Of a DNA stretch of 12,617 bases, positions 1-7,466 are shown in pieces. A model generated the notes under the pieces. The model saw nothing but the letters and a program-made list of their open reading frames with translations, was not told the origin of the DNA and did not search any database. Origin of the DNA: a virus. Lineage: Duplodnaviria; Heunggongvirae; Uroviricota; Caudoviricetes. Numbering within the stretch: position 1 is the first letter of the stretch; each line of letters starts with the position of its first letter. Both the position numbers and the translations under genes were made by a program. The stretch lies in the IMG/VR virus record IMGVR_UViG_2778261256_000009. The stretch is one strand, 5' to 3'.

Positions 1-38
1 CATTTGATCATATGACAAGATGTGTATCTACCTTAACT

Positions 39-62
39 TAATGATTTTGATAAAAATCATTA
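39..62. repeat. Perfect 10-bp inverted repeat TAATGATTTT-gata-AAAATCATTA, just left of where lambda ren-like homology begins
   Basis: Read directly from the sequence: arms at 39-48 and 53-62 are exact reverse complements with a 4-nt spacer. No T-run follows, so it is not an obvious intrinsic terminator. Could be an operator or protein-binding site, or a recombination junction. Confidence 0.35.
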
Positions 63-329
63 GGGGATTCATCAGCGCATAATAGCTTCTGTGCGCCGGA
101 CGTTGCCGCGCTAACAGGCGCAACAGTAACCAGCATAAATCAGGCCGCGGCTAAAATGGCACGGGCAGGTCTTCTGGTTATCGAAGGTAAGGTCTGGCGA
201 ACGGTGTATTACCGGTTTGCTACCAGGGAAGAACGGGAAGGAAAGATGAGCACGAACCTGATTTTTAAGGAGTGTCGCCAGAGTGCCGCGATGAAACGGG
301 TATTGGCGGTATATGGAGTTAAAAGATGA
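54..329 (+). pseudogene. ren: ren-like gene remnant (C-terminal ~90 codons of a lambda Ren homolog, 5' end replaced)
   Basis: The frame ending at TGA 327-329 translates to ...HNSFCAPDVAALTGATVTSINQAAAKMARAGLLVIEGKVWRTVYYRFATREEREGKMSTNLIFKECRQSAAMKRVLAVYGVKR, which matches lambda Ren as I recall it. In-frame stops lie at 39-53 and the first in-frame ATG is at 156, so the native N-terminus is missing. Confidence 0.55.
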
Positions 330-354
330 CCATCTACATTACTGAGCTAATAAC

Positions 355-386
355 AGGCCTGCTGGTAATCGCAGGCCTTTTTATTT
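355..386 (+). terminator. Rho-independent terminator (lambda tR2-like) between ren and ninB
   Basis: 8-bp GC-rich stem AGGCCTGC (355-362) / GCAGGCCT (371-378), 8-nt loop, then TTTTTATTT. Sits immediately upstream of the ninB RBS, as tR2 does in lambda. Confidence 0.7.
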
Positions 387-402
387 GGGGGAGAGGGAAG
401 TC

Positions 403-843
403 ATGAAAAAACTAACCTTTGAAATTCGATCTCCAGCACATCAGCAAAACGCTATTCACGCAGTACAGCAAATCCTTCCAGACCCAACCAAACCAATCGT
501 AGTAACCATTCAGGAACGCAACCGCAGCTTAGACCAAAACAGGAAGCTATGGGCCTGCTTAGGTGACGTCTCTCGTCAGGTTGAATGGCACGGTCGCTGG
601 CTGGATGCAGAAAGCTGGAAGTGTGTGTTTACCGCAGCATTAAAGCAGCAGGATGTTGTTCCTAACCTTGCCGGGAATGGCTTTGTGGTAATAGGCCAGT
701 CAACCAGCAGGATGCGTGTAGGCGAATTTGCGGAGCTATTAGAGCTTATACAGGCATTCGGTACAGAGCGTGGCGTTAAGTGGTCAGACGAAGCGAGACT
801 GGCTCTGGAGTGGAAAGCGAGATGGGGAGATCGGGCTGCATGA
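403..843 (+). CDS. ninB: NinB/Orf-family recombination protein
   Basis: Translation MKKLTFEIRSPAHQQNAIHAVQQILPDPTKPIVV... matches lambda NinB from memory. ATG at 403 follows GGGAGAGGGAAG RBS-like purines; the track ORF 385-843 has an upstream alternative start. Confidence 0.9.
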   Translation: MKKLTFEIRSPAHQQNAIHAVQQILPDPTKPIVVTIQERNRSLDQNRKLWACLGDVSRQVEWHGRWLDAESWKCVFTAALKQQDVVPNLAGNGFVVIGQSTSRMRVGEFAELLELIQAFGTERGVKWSDEARLALEWKARWGDRAA

Positions 844-1367
844 CTATCAAATCAAATACGCCAGCACACGACAAGGACTGCTGGCAAACGCCGCTTTGGC
901 TTTTTGATGCACTGGATATTGAGTTTGGATTCTGGCTGGATTCGGCAGCGAGCGACAAAAATGCTCTGTGTGCTCACTGGCTAACTGAGGCCGACGACGC
1001 GCTCAATTCTGAGTGGGTAAGCCACGGTGCAATCTGGAATAACCCACCGTACAGCAATATCAGGCCGTGGGTGGAAAAAGCTGCTGAGCAGTGCATACAA
1101 CAGCGACAGACGGTAGTTATGCTTGTGCCAGAGGATATGTCAGTCGGATGGTTCAGCAAGGCTCTGGAGAGTGTCGACGAAGTTCGCATTATCACTGATG
1201 GACGGATTAATTTTATCGAACCATCGACAGGGCTGGAGAAGAAGGGAAACAGCAAAGGCTCCATGCTGCTGATTTGGCGACCGTTCATCAGTCCTCGACG
1301 GATGTTTACTACCGTATCCAAAGCGGCATTGATGGCGATCGGGCAGGGCGTCAGGAGGGCGGCATGA
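840..1367 (+). CDS. Phage N6-adenine DNA methyltransferase (Dam-type, NPPY motif)
   Basis: Contains the WNNPPYS catalytic motif (motif IV of N6-adenine methyltransferases). ATG at 840 overlaps the ninB stop (ATGA coupling). Start could instead be 822 or GTG 780. Confidence 0.8.
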   Translation: MTIKSNTPAHDKDCWQTPLWLFDALDIEFGFWLDSAASDKNALCAHWLTEADDALNSEWVSHGAIWNNPPYSNIRPWVEKAAEQCIQQRQTVVMLVPEDMSVGWFSKALESVDEVRIITDGRINFIEPSTGLEKKGNSKGSMLLIWRPFISPRRMFTTVSKAALMAIGQGVRRAA

Positions 1368-1540
1368 GGCGACAGCGACGAAGTTTCACCGACATCATCT
1401 GCGAAAACTGCAAATACCTTCCAACGAAACGCTCCAGAAATAAACGCAAGCCAATCCCAAAAGAATCTGACGTAAAAACCTTCAATTACACAGCTCACCT
1501 GTGGGATATCCGGTGGCTAAGATATCGTGCGAGGAAATGA
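1364..1540 (+). CDS. ninE: NinE protein
   Basis: [58 protein letters not shown] closely resembles lambda NinE (recalled). ATG at 1364 overlaps the methylase stop (ATGA). Confidence 0.85.
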   Translation: MRRQRRSFTDIICENCKYLPTKRSRNKRKPIPKESDVKTFNYTAHLWDIRWLRYRARK

Positions 1541-1884
1541 CAATGGATTATTCACAGTTAAGTGATTTTGAAATTAACAGAATGGTAGGAGACATAATTT
1601 TTAAAGGCCTTTGGGCAAGTAAACCGGAAACATCAGGGAATAACACCAACAAATGGTATTACGGAAATGCTGATACAACTTTTGAGCCATTAAATCATTT
1701 GCCTGACTACTGCAATGATCCGAGCGCTTCATGGCCGATTATTGAGAAATACAGGATTTCTATCTTAGACCAGTTAACTGAATGGTGTGTGGATGCAAAA
1801 GGCGTAAGCCCAATATTTGATACCAGACCTCTCCGCGCCGCCATGATTGTCTTTCTCCTGATGCAGGAGGCCAATAATGCTTAG
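1537..1884 (+). CDS. Hypothetical nin-region protein (DUF2591/NinX-like)
   Basis: 115-codon ORF, translationally coupled on both sides: ATGA overlap with the ninE stop, and its end overlaps the next ATG at 1877. The family assignment is from memory of lambdoid nin regions and is tentative. Confidence 0.6.
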   Translation: MTMDYSQLSDFEINRMVGDIIFKGLWASKPETSGNNTNKWYYGNADTTFEPLNHLPDYCNDPSASWPIIEKYRISILDQLTEWCVDAKGVSPIFDTRPLRAAMIVFLLMQEANNA

Positions 1885-2071
1885 CCCATCTCAATCCCTT
1901 CAATACCTGAAAGGAAGCATAGAGCGGGCTTCAATGTGCACAGAGTGGATTCTATCTAGGTTTAGCGCATACAGAAGATTGCCGGTAAAGGGCATGCCAA
2001 GCAAGTCGATGCTGCATATGCAAAAGAATGCGCGCTGGAAGGTATGGCGAGAACACAGGTTATCTGGCTGA
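1877..2071 (+). CDS. NinF-like ORF, possibly chimeric or degenerate
   Basis: The N-terminus [10 protein letters not shown] is identical to lambda NinF as I recall it, but the rest diverges. A second frame is open for only 37 codons at 1981-2094 (TAG at 1978-1980; ...[23 protein letters not shown]) and ends in a GTGA overlap with the rusA start. This suggests a deletion or frameshift scar. Confidence 0.4.
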   Translation: MLSPSQSLQYLKGSIERASMCTEWILSRFSAYRRLPVKGMPSKSMLHMQKNARWKVWREHRLSG

Positions 2072-2090
2072 AAGAGGGGGTTATTAAGGC

Positions 2091-2453
2091 GTGAATACCT
2101 ACAGCATCACATTACCCTGGCCTCCGAGCAATAATCGCTATTACCGCCATAATCGCGGGCGCACGCACGTCAGCGCAGAGGGGCAGGCATACCGCGATAA
2201 CGTCGCCCGAATCATTAAAAACGCAATGCTGGATATCGGCCTGACTATGCCTGTGAAAATCCGCATTGAGTGCCACATGCCGGATCGCCGTCGCCGTGAC
2301 CTGGATAATCTGCAAAAAGCCGCTTTTGACGCACTCACTAAAGCAGGTTTCTGGCTGGATGATGCTCAGGTCGTTGATTACCGCGTTGTGAAGATGCCTG
2401 TTACCAAAGGTGGGAGGCTGGAACTGACCATCACCGAAATGGGGAATGAATGA
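2091..2453 (+). CDS. rusA: Holliday junction resolvase RusA (crossover junction endodeoxyribonuclease)
   Basis: [51 protein letters not shown]...[15 protein letters not shown] is near-identical to E. coli prophage RusA (recalled). GTG start at 2091. Confidence 0.9.
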   Translation: MNTYSITLPWPPSNNRYYRHNRGRTHVSAEGQAYRDNVARIIKNAMLDIGLTMPVKIRIECHMPDRRRRDLDNLQKAAFDALTKAGFWLDDAQVVDYRVVKMPVTKGGRLELTITEMGNE

Positions 2454-2590
2454 TGTTTGAGTTTAATATGGCAGAACTTCTTCGCCACCGCTGGGGGCGT
2501 CTGCGCTTATATCGTTTCCCCGGTTCTGTTTTGACCGATTACCGAATACTGAAGAATTACGCCAAAACACTGACAGGAGCAGGAGTATGA
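2450..2590 (+). CDS. Small 46-codon ORF (YlcG-like) between rusA and Q
   Basis: ATGATG start overlaps the rusA stop; translation [46 protein letters not shown]. Below the ORF-track length cutoff. Position and size match the small ylcG gene of DLP12 (recalled), but the call is uncertain. Confidence 0.45.
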   Translation: MMFEFNMAELLRHRWGRLRLYRFPGSVLTDYRILKNYAKTLTGAGV

Positions 2591-2675
2591 AGTCAGAGAT
2601 AACAATCAACTAATACTGTTTTGTTGATTTTTGCTTGTAATTGGCGTTCTGGTCTGAGTTTTGTGGAGTAAGTTG

Positions 2676-3053
2676 ATGCGTGATATTCAGATGGTTCTTG
2701 AGCGTTGGGGAGCGTGGGCGGCTAATAATCATGAAGATGTGACCTGGTCGTCCATTGCCGCCGGTTTTAAGGGATTAATTCCTTCAAAAGTAAAATCTCG
2801 CCCACAATGTTGTGACGATGACGCGATGATCATTTGCGGGTGCATGGCCCGTCTGAAAAAGAACAACAGCGATTTGCATGATTTATTGGTGGACTATTAT
2901 GTCGGCGGCATGACTTTTATGGCGCTTGCACGTAAGCATGGGCGATCTGATTGTTGGGTTGGCAGGATGCTTCAGAAAGCTGAGGGCGTAGTGGAGGGTA
3001 TGCTGATGGTGTTGGATCTCCGATTGGAGATGGATGCTGATTGTTCGAAATAA
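2676..3053 (+). CDS. Q: Late-gene antiterminator Q (QuuD/phage-82-type)
   Basis: [33 protein letters not shown]...[31 protein letters not shown] resembles E. coli prophage QuuD-type Q (recalled). ATG at 2676 follows GGAG; the track ORF starts at an upstream TTG (2661). Confidence 0.85.
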   Translation: MRDIQMVLERWGAWAANNHEDVTWSSIAAGFKGLIPSKVKSRPQCCDDDAMIICGCMARLKKNNSDLHDLLVDYYVGGMTFMALARKHGRSDCWVGRMLQKAEGVVEGMLMVLDLRLEMDADCSK

Positions 3054-3065
3054 TTAAAGGAAAAG

Positions 3066-3094
3066 TTGCTGTCTGATTGTCATTAGTCTAACAT
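3066..3094 (+). promoter_or_regulatory. Candidate late promoter (PR'-like), which would also carry the qut site
   Basis: TTGCTG (3066-3071), a 17-nt spacer, then TAACAT (3089-3094), located just downstream of Q and about 60 nt upstream of a terminator. This is the lambdoid PR'-qut-tR' layout. Hexamers are weak matches to consensus; position-based inference. Confidence 0.25.
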
Positions 3095-3153
3095 TTTAAA
3101 TGTTGGAATCGCAACGTAGTTATTATCATATAACAGCTTGTTTCCTGATTTAG

Positions 3154-3180
3154 CCAGCCTCCCCAAAGGCTGGTCTTTTT
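3154..3180 (+). terminator. Rho-independent terminator (tR'-like, end of the short late leader transcript)
   Basis: Stem CCAGCC (3154-3159) / GGCTGG (3168-3173), loop TCCCCAAA, then TCTTTTT. It also lies 3' of the convergent blc-like gene, so it may work in both directions, weakly on the minus strand. Confidence 0.6.
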
Positions 3181-3208
3181 CTAATAAGTATTATTTCGGG
3201 TAGGGATT

Positions 3209-3733
3209 TTATTGTTTAACCCATAATAATTCATTGACATTGAATCCCAACTTTTGAGCGGTTCGCACATAGTCTGCTTTTACTTTATCTGGAATAGTTG
3301 GGGTCCTTGCCAGAATCCATAGGTATTCTCTGTTCGGACCACTGACAAGAGCATACTTATACTCATCATCCAGTTTGATTACATTATAGCCACCATAGAA
3401 GGGGCCAAAAAACGAAACCTTCAATGCTGCAGTTTTAGTATCTCCAGTAAAGTATGCTTTACCTTCGCTCTCGCTCCATTTATTTTTCGTTGGATCGTAT
3501 CCACGGTTAAGTACACGAATCCCTCCGTCGTTCCGTTTTCCATAAGTAGCGCTGACCTGTTCCAGACCACGTTCGAACCGGTTCTCGAGGCGAGCTATTT
3601 CATACCATTTTCCGAGGTAGCGGTTGGCGTCAAAATTTGTAATCGGCTGCACACCTTTAGGTGGTGTCGGGGCCTTACATGCTATAAGAGTGAAAGAGAG
3701 TGCAATGCCAGTCAACACAGGCCATAACTTCAT
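3209..3733 (-). CDS. blc: Outer-membrane lipocalin lipoprotein, Blc family
   Basis: MKLWPVLTGIALSFTLIAC has a signal peptide and LIAC lipobox. ...NFDANRYLGKWYEIARLENRFERGLE...KVSFFGPFYGGYNVI...YLWILARTP strongly resembles E. coli Blc (recalled). Confidence 0.9.
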   Translation of the reverse strand: MKLWPVLTGIALSFTLIACKAPTPPKGVQPITNFDANRYLGKWYEIARLENRFERGLEQVSATYGKRNDGGIRVLNRGYDPTKNKWSESEGKAYFTGDTKTAALKVSFFGPFYGGYNVIKLDDEYKYALVSGPNREYLWILARTPTIPDKVKADYVRTAQKLGFNVNELLWVKQ

Positions 3734-3925
3734 AATAAATCCTGTACTTTTGATAGTTGAGAGTAAGTATGAAAGATAGATGATTACGACCGATCACTTA
3801 AAGAACTTTCATACTATATTAGGAATAGTCCATAACAGAAAAATTGTCAGTGATGACGCCAGAAAGGCAATTTATTCCGTGCACTACACAGTTTATGTGT
3901 TAATGAATTAGTCAAGGGGGAGAAT

Positions 3926-4885
3926 ATGATAAAAAAACCTGTGATTGGAATCAGCGGTTGTTTGGCCGGTTCTGCTGTTCGTTTTGATGGTGGTCACAAA
4001 AGAGCTGACTTTTTAATGGACAAATTAGTGGAATGGGTAACATTCAGACCAGTATGTCCGGAAATGGCTATAGGGCTGCCAGTTCCGCGTCCTGCTCTAC
4101 GTCTTGTGCGCTCGATGCAAGGAAATATACGGATGTGTTTCAGCCACGACCAGAATGAGGATGTGACAGAGAGAATGACAGAGTTTAGTCGTTCTTATAT
4201 GGACAAATTAAAGGATGTATCGGGGTTTGTGGTTTGTGCTAAATCTCCCAGCTGTGGCATGGAGCGCGTGCGTGTCTATGATGAAAATGGTAATCGAGGT
4301 CGTAAAGATGGAGTGGGACTATTTACGAGCACTTTGATGGAAAAGTTTTCCTGGCTACCGGTTGAAGAGGATGGGCGATTACATGATCCAGTGCTTCGTG
4401 AGAATTTTGTTGAAAGAGTTTTTGCTTTGCATGAGCTCAATCACCTTTACAAGGAGAAATTATCAAGAAGAGAGTTATTAGCTTTTCATAGTCGTTATAA
4501 GCTTCAGTTGTTGGCGCATAGTCAGGCAGGCTATAAAGATATGGGACCATTTGTGGCTGCAATACACGAGTGGGCGGACCTTGAATCATACTTTGAGGTG
4601 TATCGTGATAAGCTGATGGCGATTCTCAGAAAACCTGCATCACGTAAAAATCACACGAATGTGTTGATGCATATACAGGGGTATTTTAGTAACTACTTAA
4701 GTACACGCCAGCGTAAAGAGTTGAGCGAGGTTATACTTAACTATCGTTCTGGCACATTACCTCTTCTTGCGCCGTTGACTCTGCTGAAGCATTATCTGGG
4801 TGAGTATCCTAATGATTACTTGCTTACACAGAATTACTTCGATCCCTATCCGGACGAACTGGCTCTAAGACTGACGGTAAATTAA
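3926..4885 (+). CDS. DUF523 (TudS-like) + DUF1722 fusion protein, YbgA/RudS-like putative [4Fe-4S] thiouracil/4-thiouridine desulfidase
   Basis: N-terminal MIKKPVIGISGCLAGSAVRFDGGHK..RPVCPEM..VVCAKSPSCGME has Cys at approximately residues 12, 44, 104 and 110, consistent with the Cys ligands of TudS-family desulfidases. The C-terminal half resembles DUF1722 (YbgA-like). RBS AAGGGGGAG precedes the ATG. Family assignment is from memory. Confidence 0.7.
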   Translation: MIKKPVIGISGCLAGSAVRFDGGHKRADFLMDKLVEWVTFRPVCPEMAIGLPVPRPALRLVRSMQGNIRMCFSHDQNEDVTERMTEFSRSYMDKLKDVSGFVVCAKSPSCGMERVRVYDENGNRGRKDGVGLFTSTLMEKFSWLPVEEDGRLHDPVLRENFVERVFALHELNHLYKEKLSRRELLAFHSRYKLQLLAHSQAGYKDMGPFVAAIHEWADLESYFEVYRDKLMAILRKPASRKNHTNVLMHIQGYFSNYLSTRQRKELSEVILNYRSGTLPLLAPLTLLKHYLGEYPNDYLLTQNYFDPYPDELALRLTVN

Positions 4886-5227
4886 TTGTATGCGATATCA
4901 TCCAAAAGGATGAGTTCCTGCATGCAGGATATTTACAATCGTAAAAACTACACTATGATACCCAGAGTGTCAGTTTGTATAAAAACTCTGTTTACGCTGA
5001 AGAAACAATTGAGATGCAACTTAAAGTTGGTAAACATGCCAGTCAAAATATATAATATTATGATTCCACGCAGCTATATATAATATAACAGATTGGTTTA
5101 ATAATTTGTCTTTGTGAGTTAAATACATAATTTTATACTTGTGATGCAATGAAATTTTCCTTATTGTTGAACTGGCGAATATTGATTTTCCACCTATACT
5201 TACCTGGTGTAACCCCAATGATATCAG

Positions 5228-5968
5228 GTGGATAATATGCCATACATATGTTCTATCATTTTGGTGTTGAACTCGTTTGATGTCCGAATTGGTAAAGAAG
5301 ATATTTTGTTTAAAAAAGGAAGTGCTGTTCTCATTGATTACAATTTAAAAGATTTTTTTTCATCAAATATAGATCATGTAATGATCGTAGATGTTGAAGA
5401 GAAAACAGTTAATGATTTCTTTAAAAGCAACACACTCTCACCTTTTTCTGTAAGAAGGTTTTATCCGGCATACTTGATGGTGGAATGTGAAGATTTTTCA
5501 TTGTTAAAGAACTTGATTGCATGCTTGAATTGTGATGGCAGAACTGTGGATTTTGTTAGAAATCAAATATCACTTGCATGTCTTGCTATCTTATCTTCAG
5601 AGAAAATAGTGCAAAGTTTTTTATTTGGATGTCTTAATAGTTTAGGAAGTAAAGTTAAGGCTATTATTCACACGGATATATCTGCAGCATGGAGACTTTG
5701 TGATATATCTTCAAGACTGTATCTGAGTGAAAGTCTGTTAAAAAGAAAATTAAAGCACGAAGGCTTATCATTTAGTAAGTTAATTCTTGAAGAGCGAATG
5801 GTGATGGCGGAAAGGTTATTAAGCTACAATTTATATTCTGTTGGAAAAGTTGCTGAGATATGCGGTTATGAAAACACGTCATATTTTGTAAGTGTTTTCA
5901 GAAGGTATTTTGGTGTTCCTCCCCATCAATATTCATCAAGATTTTTTTTAGAAAAAGACATGATGTAA
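5228..5968 (+). CDS. AraC/XylS-family transcriptional regulator (C-terminal HTH), AT-rich
   Basis: The C-terminal region ...LYLSESLLKRKLKHEGLSFSKLILEERMVMAERLLSYNLYSVGKVAEICGYENTSYFVSVFRRYFGVPPHQY is a typical AraC-type double HTH. The gene and its 340-bp upstream region are markedly AT-rich. Start may be ATG 5228 or ATG 5237, which follows AGGTGG. Confidence 0.8.
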   Translation: MDNMPYICSIILVLNSFDVRIGKEDILFKKGSAVLIDYNLKDFFSSNIDHVMIVDVEEKTVNDFFKSNTLSPFSVRRFYPAYLMVECEDFSLLKNLIACLNCDGRTVDFVRNQISLACLAILSSEKIVQSFLFGCLNSLGSKVKAIIHTDISAAWRLCDISSRLYLSESLLKRKLKHEGLSFSKLILEERMVMAERLLSYNLYSVGKVAEICGYENTSYFVSVFRRYFGVPPHQYSSRFFLEKDMM

Positions 5969-6029
5969 CGTGATGCGTTTTAATGATTTTGTAATTTTCG
6001 TATTTGATAATTGTATGATGCTTTCAGCT

Positions 6030-6060
6030 ACGCCAGAATAATCGCGGCGTTTTTCTTTTT
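6030..6060 (+). terminator. Candidate intrinsic terminator downstream of the AraC-family gene
   Basis: Short stem ACGCC (6030-6034) / GGCGT (6046-6050) followed by TTTTTCTTTTT (6051-6060). The stem is weak, so confidence is modest. Confidence 0.35.
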
Positions 6061-6155
6061 GAATAGATGTTCAAGCCTTACGCTAATGTAACTTCTATAC
6101 CTTTCCTCTTCGTTCCGAACCGTGTACACCATCCGTTATTTGCGGAGGTGAGGCT

Positions 6156-6371
6156 ATGAAATCCATGGATAAGTTAACAACGGGTGTCGCCTATGGCACC
6201 TCAGCAGGTAGTGCCGGTTACTGGTTTTTACAGCTGCTCGATAAAGTCACGCCCTCACAGTGGGCAGCAATAGGTGTGCTGGGTAGCCTGGTATTTGGCC
6301 TGCTGACGTACCTGACAAACCTTTATTTCAAGATTAAAGAAGATAAGCGCAAGGCTGCGAGAGGTGAATAA
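6156..6371 (+). CDS. S: Class II holin / pinholin (phage 21 S-like), with dual-start motif
   Basis: 71 aa, [71 protein letters not shown]. Two Met codons (M1 and M4) fit the antiholin/holin dual start. Two hydrophobic segments; resembles S21/EssD (recalled). RBS GGAGGTGAGG. Confidence 0.9.
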
Positions 6372-6868
6372 TGCCTCCATCATTACGAAAAGCCGTTGCT
6401 GCTGCTATTGGTGGCGGAGCAATTGCTATAGCATCAGTGTTAATCACTGGCCCAAGTGGTAACGATGGTCTGGAAGGTGTCAGCTACATACCATACAAAG
6501 ATATCGTTGGCGTATGGACTGTATGTCACGGGCATACAGGAAAAGACATCATTCCCGGTAAAACGTATACCGAAGCAGAATGCAAAGCCCTCCTGAATAA
6601 AGACCTTGCCACGGTAGCCAGACAAATTAACCCGTACATCAAAGTCGATATACCGGAAACAACGCGCGGCGCTCTTTACTCGTTCGTCTATAACGTGGGC
6701 GCAGGCAATTTCAGAACATCTACTCTTCTTCGCAAAATAAACCAGGGCGATATCAAGGGCGCATGTGACCAGCTACGTCGCTGGGCATACGCTGGCGGTA
6801 AGCAATGGAAAGGCCTGATGACTCGTCGTGAGATTGAGCGTGAGGTCTGTTTGTGGGGGCAACAATGA
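6371..6868 (+). CDS. R: SAR endolysin (T4-lysozyme-like muramidase, R21-type)
   Basis: N-terminal Gly/Ala-rich weakly hydrophobic segment [20 protein letters not shown] (signal-anchor-release domain), then [25 protein letters not shown] carrying the E-x8-D-x5-T catalytic triad. Start overlaps the holin stop. Confidence 0.9.
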   Translation: MPPSLRKAVAAAIGGGAIAIASVLITGPSGNDGLEGVSYIPYKDIVGVWTVCHGHTGKDIIPGKTYTEAECKALLNKDLATVARQINPYIKVDIPETTRGALYSFVYNVGAGNFRTSTLLRKINQGDIKGACDQLRRWAYAGGKQWKGLMTRREIEREVCLWGQQ

Positions 6869-7329
6869 GCAGGGTAACCGCGATTATCTCCGCTCTGGTT
6901 ATCTGCATCGTCGTCTGCCTGTCATGGGGTGTTAATCATTACCGTGATAACGCCATCGCCTACAAAGAACAGCGCGACAAAAATGCCAGAGAACTGAAGC
7001 TGGCGAACGCGGCAATTACTGACATGCAGATGCGTCAGCGTGATGTTGCTGCGCTCGATGCAAAATACACGAAGGAGTTAGCTGATGCGAAAGCTGAAAA
7101 TGATGTTCTGCGTGATGATGTTGCCGCTGGTCGTCGTCGGTTGCACATCAAAGCAGTCTGTCAGTCAGTGCGTGAAGCCACCACCGCCTCCGGCGTGGAT
7201 AATGCAGCCTCCCCCCGACTGGCAGACACCGCTGAACGGGATTATTTCACCCTCCGGGAACGACTGGTAATGATGCAGGCCCAACTTGAAGGTGCTCAGC
7301 AATACATAACCGAGCAGTGTTTAAAGTAA
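6865..7329 (+). CDS. Rz: Rz i-spanin
   Basis: ATG at 6865 overlaps the endolysin stop (ATGA). N-terminal TM segment [21 protein letters not shown] followed by a charged, coiled-coil-like periplasmic domain. Resembles lambda Rz. Confidence 0.85.
   Translation: MSRVTAIISALVICIVVCLSWGVNHYRDNAIAYKEQRDKNARELKLANAAITDMQMRQRDVAALDAKYTKELADAKAENDVLRDDVAAGRRRLHIKAVCQSVREATTASGVDNAASPRLADTAERDYFTLRERLVMMQAQLEGAQQYITEQCLK
7085..7270 (+). CDS. Rz1: Rz1 o-spanin lipoprotein, embedded in the +1 frame of Rz
   Basis: [53 protein letters not shown] has a lipobox (VVGC) and a proline-rich mature region. Lies wholly inside Rz in another frame, the classic spanin arrangement. Confidence 0.8.
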   Translation: MRKLKMMFCVMMLPLVVVGCTSKQSVSQCVKPPPPPAWIMQPPPDWQTPLNGIISPSGNDW

Positions 7330-7466
7330 AATCTTAACTACAATATGATTCATTTTGATGATTGTTTCATAAGGAACAGTGAAGTAAGATCTAAGAGGAG
7401 TTAAATTTTATACAGTATAATCATAATATTGCAGCAAGGTGGTTATAATTGAAAGAATATTTAGAT

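Noticed and set aside
974-1498. 174-aa minus-strand ORF overlapping the methyltransferase and ninE
   Set aside because: Entirely antisense to two well-supported, translationally coupled + strand genes. No recognisable motifs, so most likely a shadow ORF.
2112-2338. Two minus-strand ORFs inside rusA
   Set aside because: Antisense to RusA, which has a near-exact match to known RusA sequence; spurious.
2587-2613. 8-codon mini-ORF (MKSEITIN) after an AGGAG at the end of the ylcG-like ORF
   Set aside because: Too short to support as a gene; could be a leader peptide but there is no evidence beyond an RBS-like sequence.
4886-5218. Short ORFs in the AT-rich intergenic region (4886-5083 plus strand, 5021-5218 minus strand)
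   Set aside because: The region is very AT-rich with low-complexity translations (Ile/Asn/Lys/Tyr-rich). More consistent with an H-NS-bound promoter region for the AraC-family gene than with coding sequence.
3054-6155. Shiga toxin genes or tRNA genes in the Q-S slot
   Set aside because: Looked for them because this is the canonical stx/tRNA position in Stx phages. The ORFs present are lipocalin, desulfidase-like and AraC-like, and I saw no cloverleaf-compatible tRNA sequence.
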